Source: Callorhinchus milii (lineage: Eukaryota). Taken from it: a DNA stretch of 64,000 nucleotides. The notes below the pieces were generated by a model. It did not search any database. It was not told the origin of the DNA and worked only from the letters and a program-made list of their open reading frames with translations. The stretch lies in NCBI RefSeq assembly GCF_018977255.1, contig NW_024704742.1:63304001-63368000 (forward strand), read 5' to 3'. Below are positions 63,520-64,000 of this stretch, piece by piece. The first letter of the stretch is position 1. Each line of letters opens with the position of its first letter. The translations under genes and the position numbers were made by a program.

Positions 63520-63690
63520 TTGTGTTTAGAGTGGCAAATGGCAATTTCAGGACAGACAGCAGGAAGGGATTCTTTACTCAGATTGCAATTAACAACTGGA
63601 ACAGGTTGCCTGGAAAGATAGTTGAGGTCAGGACATTGGTCTCATTTAAAAAGCAGGTTGATGTTGTGATGGGAGAGGGGGATGGTAGAG
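63520..63690 (+). mobile_element. CR1 ORF2 C-terminus
   Basis: FRTDSRKGFFTQIAINNWNRLPGKIVE...FKKQVD. Confidence 0.8.
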
Positions 63691-63809
63691 TGGGTGTTCT
63701 GGAATTAGGACCTGAGGACTCTTCAACCAGTATCACAATACACCAAATTTATTAAAGGTCAAGTGGAATATAGATACAAGCAATGTAGTCTTGCCCCCCC
63801 TCCCCCCCC

Positions 63810-63935
63810 CCACCCACTCTCCCCTTCTTCAAGTCACGACTGAAAACCTTGCTTATGGCCGGCCACCTCCCTCCCCCCCCACTCCCCTCCCACCCAGCTC
63901 GGAGTCAGGCTCTGCCACCGTTAAGCACCCTGCGC
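63810..63935 (+). mobile_element. L2 3' tail fragment
   Basis: ttcaagtcacgactgaaaacc...ggagtcaggctctgccaccgttaagc. Confidence 0.65.
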
Positions 63936-64000
63936 ACAGCATGAGATAATTTTCATCTTAACAGAAATAAATTAGTTGAAGCTCTGTGCAAGTTCCTGAG

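Overview
This is repeat-dense eukaryotic DNA, most likely from a cartilaginous fish. That is an inference from the repeat set: a SacSINE1/AmnSINE1-like DeuSINE, L2 and CR1 LINEs, and a Penelope GIY-YIG element. It looks like gene-desert or large-intron sequence. I found no intact host protein-coding gene, rRNA, true tRNA or CRISPR array, and nearly every long ORF is a transposon fragment or its antisense shadow. Main contents: (1) many L2 fragments ending in (TTG)n; (2) an older DeuSINE and a younger tRNA-Ala-headed SINE ending in (TTA)n, both sharing the L2 3' tail; (3) CR1 fragments; (4) a decayed GTF2IRD2/SPIN-like hAT transposase at 16.4-21.0 kb, split by a SINE and an L2 with clean target-site duplications (TSDs); (5) an R4/Dong-like endonuclease fragment lying in (TAA)n; (6) two Penelope pieces; (7) a 96-bp TA-flanked MITE and a ~570-bp foldback element; (8) an A-tailed repeat family I cannot classify, with about 8 copies and a conserved terminal stem-loop. 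Other notable structures are repeated antisense insertion into the shared SINE/L2 tail, a 55-bp-arm palindrome, a triplicated SINE head, and repeat-free islands that may be enhancers. I do not see a convincing new biological system; the unclassified family is the best lead. Boundaries of decayed repeats are approximate, and family names come from motif recognition, not database searches.
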